A stretch of DNA of 64,000 nucleotides, taken from the NCBI RefSeq assembly GCF_006345805.1, contig NC_043020.1, positions 620,001 to 684,000 of the forward strand, in the 5' to 3' direction. Position numbers and translations under genes: made by a program. The stretch comes from Octopus sinensis (Eukaryota). Of this stretch, positions 61,916 to 64,000 are shown piece by piece. Below the pieces are notes generated by a model. It worked only from the letters and a program-made list of their open reading frames with translations, did no database searches and was not told where the DNA came from. Positions within the stretch are counted from its first letter, which is position 1. Each line of letters starts with the position of its first letter.

Positions 61916-61937
61916 TTTTTTTGTGAATTCTCCCCCC

Positions 61938-61988
<51 letters not shown>

Positions 61989-62039
61989 TGACCTTATACG
62001 ATAAGTATATTTTTTCTCTAGCATTGATACGACTCTTAA

Positions 62040-62770
62040 TCTGTCTCTTTTTCTCTCTCTCTCTCCTCCCTTATTCCCCTTCCTTTCTTCCTCTCCATCC
62101 GTCTCCCCCCCCCTCTACGTTTCTCTATCTCTCTCACCTCCAGCCCCCTCGATCTGTCTCTTTCTCTCTCCTCCCTCGTCCACCTTCTCTCTCTTTCTCA
62201 TCTGTCCCTTTCTCCTCCCTGTCTTCTGTTCTCACGTGACAGCTAGCCGCCGTTGACCGCTCTTTTCGTTTTCAGCAGCCGCAGAAGCAACACGTATTTG
62301 TTCGTCTCCCCGTGGCCATTAGGCACAACTTCACAGCCAGCCCCATACTTAACTCGTCCTGTCGAAAGACCCTTTCCAACGTCCTGGTTTTGTTTTGTTG
62401 TTTATTTTTATTTTTTATTTTTTTTATTTTTACCGTTATTGTTTTTAACGTTTTGTATTCTTATTGTGTCACGTATTCTGTATTTTTGTTTATGTACTTA
62501 CTTCGTTCGTTTTCGTCCTCGCGTTGTATACATTCGAAGCTTTCTTCCAGGGGATCTAATGCGCTTGGCTTAGATTTCCCTTGGCTGGCTGGCCATATCG
62601 GAGCAATCTCAAGATTAATAAGTCCGAAATTGCTAAGATGATCTGGTTCTTGACTGATGACTGAGGGCTTCGAATGTCCCGTCCTGTGGTTTCTTGTGTC
62701 GTCTCTGTGGTGTTTCTGTTCTGTCCATGTCTGTAATTATTTTTACTGTTTACCTATAGGTTTGGGATGT
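62040..62770 (+). promoter_or_regulatory. Putative promoter / first non-coding exon (CpG-rich island)
   Basis: CT-rich tract 62040-62230, E-box CACGTG at about 62233, about 27 CpG by hand count in 62226-62720, unique sequence, followed by strongly G/T-skewed intron-like DNA; strand inferred from the skew. Confidence 0.5.
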
Positions 62771-63322
62771 ATGTGTTAATTTGTCTGTGTGGGGAGGGAG
62801 TGGGTTTTGTGTGTATATTGAGGTTTATAAGTTAGTTAGGTATGTGTATAGTCGTGAGTCTGTGGTTTACGTGTGTGTATTTGTGTGTGAATGTTTAGGT
62901 TAGGGGGTTTACTTTATAGGTTTGTTATAGAGTTTAGCAAAGGGAGATTTTATCGTTATATGTTTTTAGAGTTTGTGTTTTATCATGGTTTTTTTAGGGA
63001 ATTCGTGGTAATTAGTCTATATTTTCGATATGGATTATATATAGGTTTATATATGGATTATATACTTATATTTTTTCATTTATATACTTAATTATTTAAT
63101 TTAAAGTATTATTTTTATATTTTAAATTTTGATTTTTTAGATTGGAAGTCCACCTGAAGATTGTCGATCAAGACAAGAACATTGTAGTGGCGGTTTTTTT
63201 TTTGACTATTTATTAATTTTATGTATTGATTAAGTCTTTCCTTGTTTGTTTTGCAAAATAGTGGTTTTGTCTCAAATATTTTATATAATATATATATATA
63301 TATATAAATATTATATATATTA

Positions 63323-63701
63323 TTGTTTCAGTCATTAGACTGCATCCATGCTTGGGCATCACCTTGAATTTTTAATCAAATGGCTCAACTCCAGAGCTTA
63401 TTTTTTAAGCCTGGTACTTATTCTATTGGTCTCTTATGCTGAACTGCTAAGTTACGGGATGTGAATGCACCAACACTAGTTATCAAGTGGTGGTGGGGGT
63501 ACAAATACAGACACAAAGACACACCCACACACACACACACACATATATATATATTCAATGGGCTTCTTTCAGTTTCCATTTATCAAAACCACTCACAAGG
63601 CTATAGTAGAAGATGCTTTCCTAAGGTGCCATGCAGTGGGACTGAACCCAGAACCATGTGTTGGGGAAACAAGCTTCTTACCACACAGCCACACCTGCAC
63701 C
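63323..63701 (-). mobile_element. Family A SINE (variant subfamily)
   Basis: ttgtttcagtcattagactgc...gggactgaacccagaaccatgtg...ccacacagccacacctgcacc. Confidence 0.85.
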
Positions 63702-64000
63702 TATTACATATATATATATATATATATAATCGTTCTCCCTCTGCATCCCTATTTTTCTCTTAGATCCCTACAGAGTTAAACATATCTTTGTAAGGCAGTT
63801 ACAGTATATTTCAAGTGAAGTATTGATTGTGGGTGTGTTCAGTAGAGGCGATAAAACCTGTCCTTACACCTAGCAGCATTGTTTAAATCATTGTACTTTG
63901 ATTTTCTTTGCAATTCAAATAATTGCAACATAATTTTATCAAGTTTACCGCGTTTAAACCATTAGCTACTTGTCTTATCTCTAAGCATATTCAACATACA

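Noticed and set aside
62645-62680. CTGATGA motif in the CpG island as a hammerhead
   Set aside because: No stem II, GAAA or stem III arrangement can be built.

Overview
AT-rich, microsatellite-saturated animal genomic DNA. The SINE and MITE families match my recollection of Octopus (coleoid cephalopod) repeats; this assignment is inference, as no database search was run. I find no credible host protein-coding exon, rRNA, true tRNA or CRISPR array. Nearly all ORF-track entries are translations of microsatellites or SINEs. Real coding remnants are all transposon-derived and decayed: a Helitron Pif1-type helicase (45.1-46.4 kb, -), a Tc1/mariner transposase with its left terminus (57.2-57.8 kb, -), a CR1-like LINE C-terminus (3.0-3.3 kb, -) and an RTE-like LINE C-terminus with two C2H2 fingers (54.8-55.15 kb, +). 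The rest comprises three tRNA-headed SINE families (my labels A, B, H), an RTE-tail-like repeat (C), piggyBac-like and hAT-like MITEs, a 307-bp non-autonomous Helitron, and a few unique islands, including a CpG-rich probable promoter/first exon near 62.2-62.8 kb. The most striking signal is a set of hammerhead-ribozyme (HHR) motifs in at least five unrelated short repeat families, typical of Penelope-like element (PLE) termini. Several sit in head-to-head fold-back inverted duplications (15.2, 21.4, 48.0 and 48.35 kb; a fifth fold-back at 15.4 kb has no HHR core). One is preceded by a Pol III B-box and bounded by a 12-bp target-site duplication (TSD). Coordinates were counted by hand; repeat boundaries are approximate.
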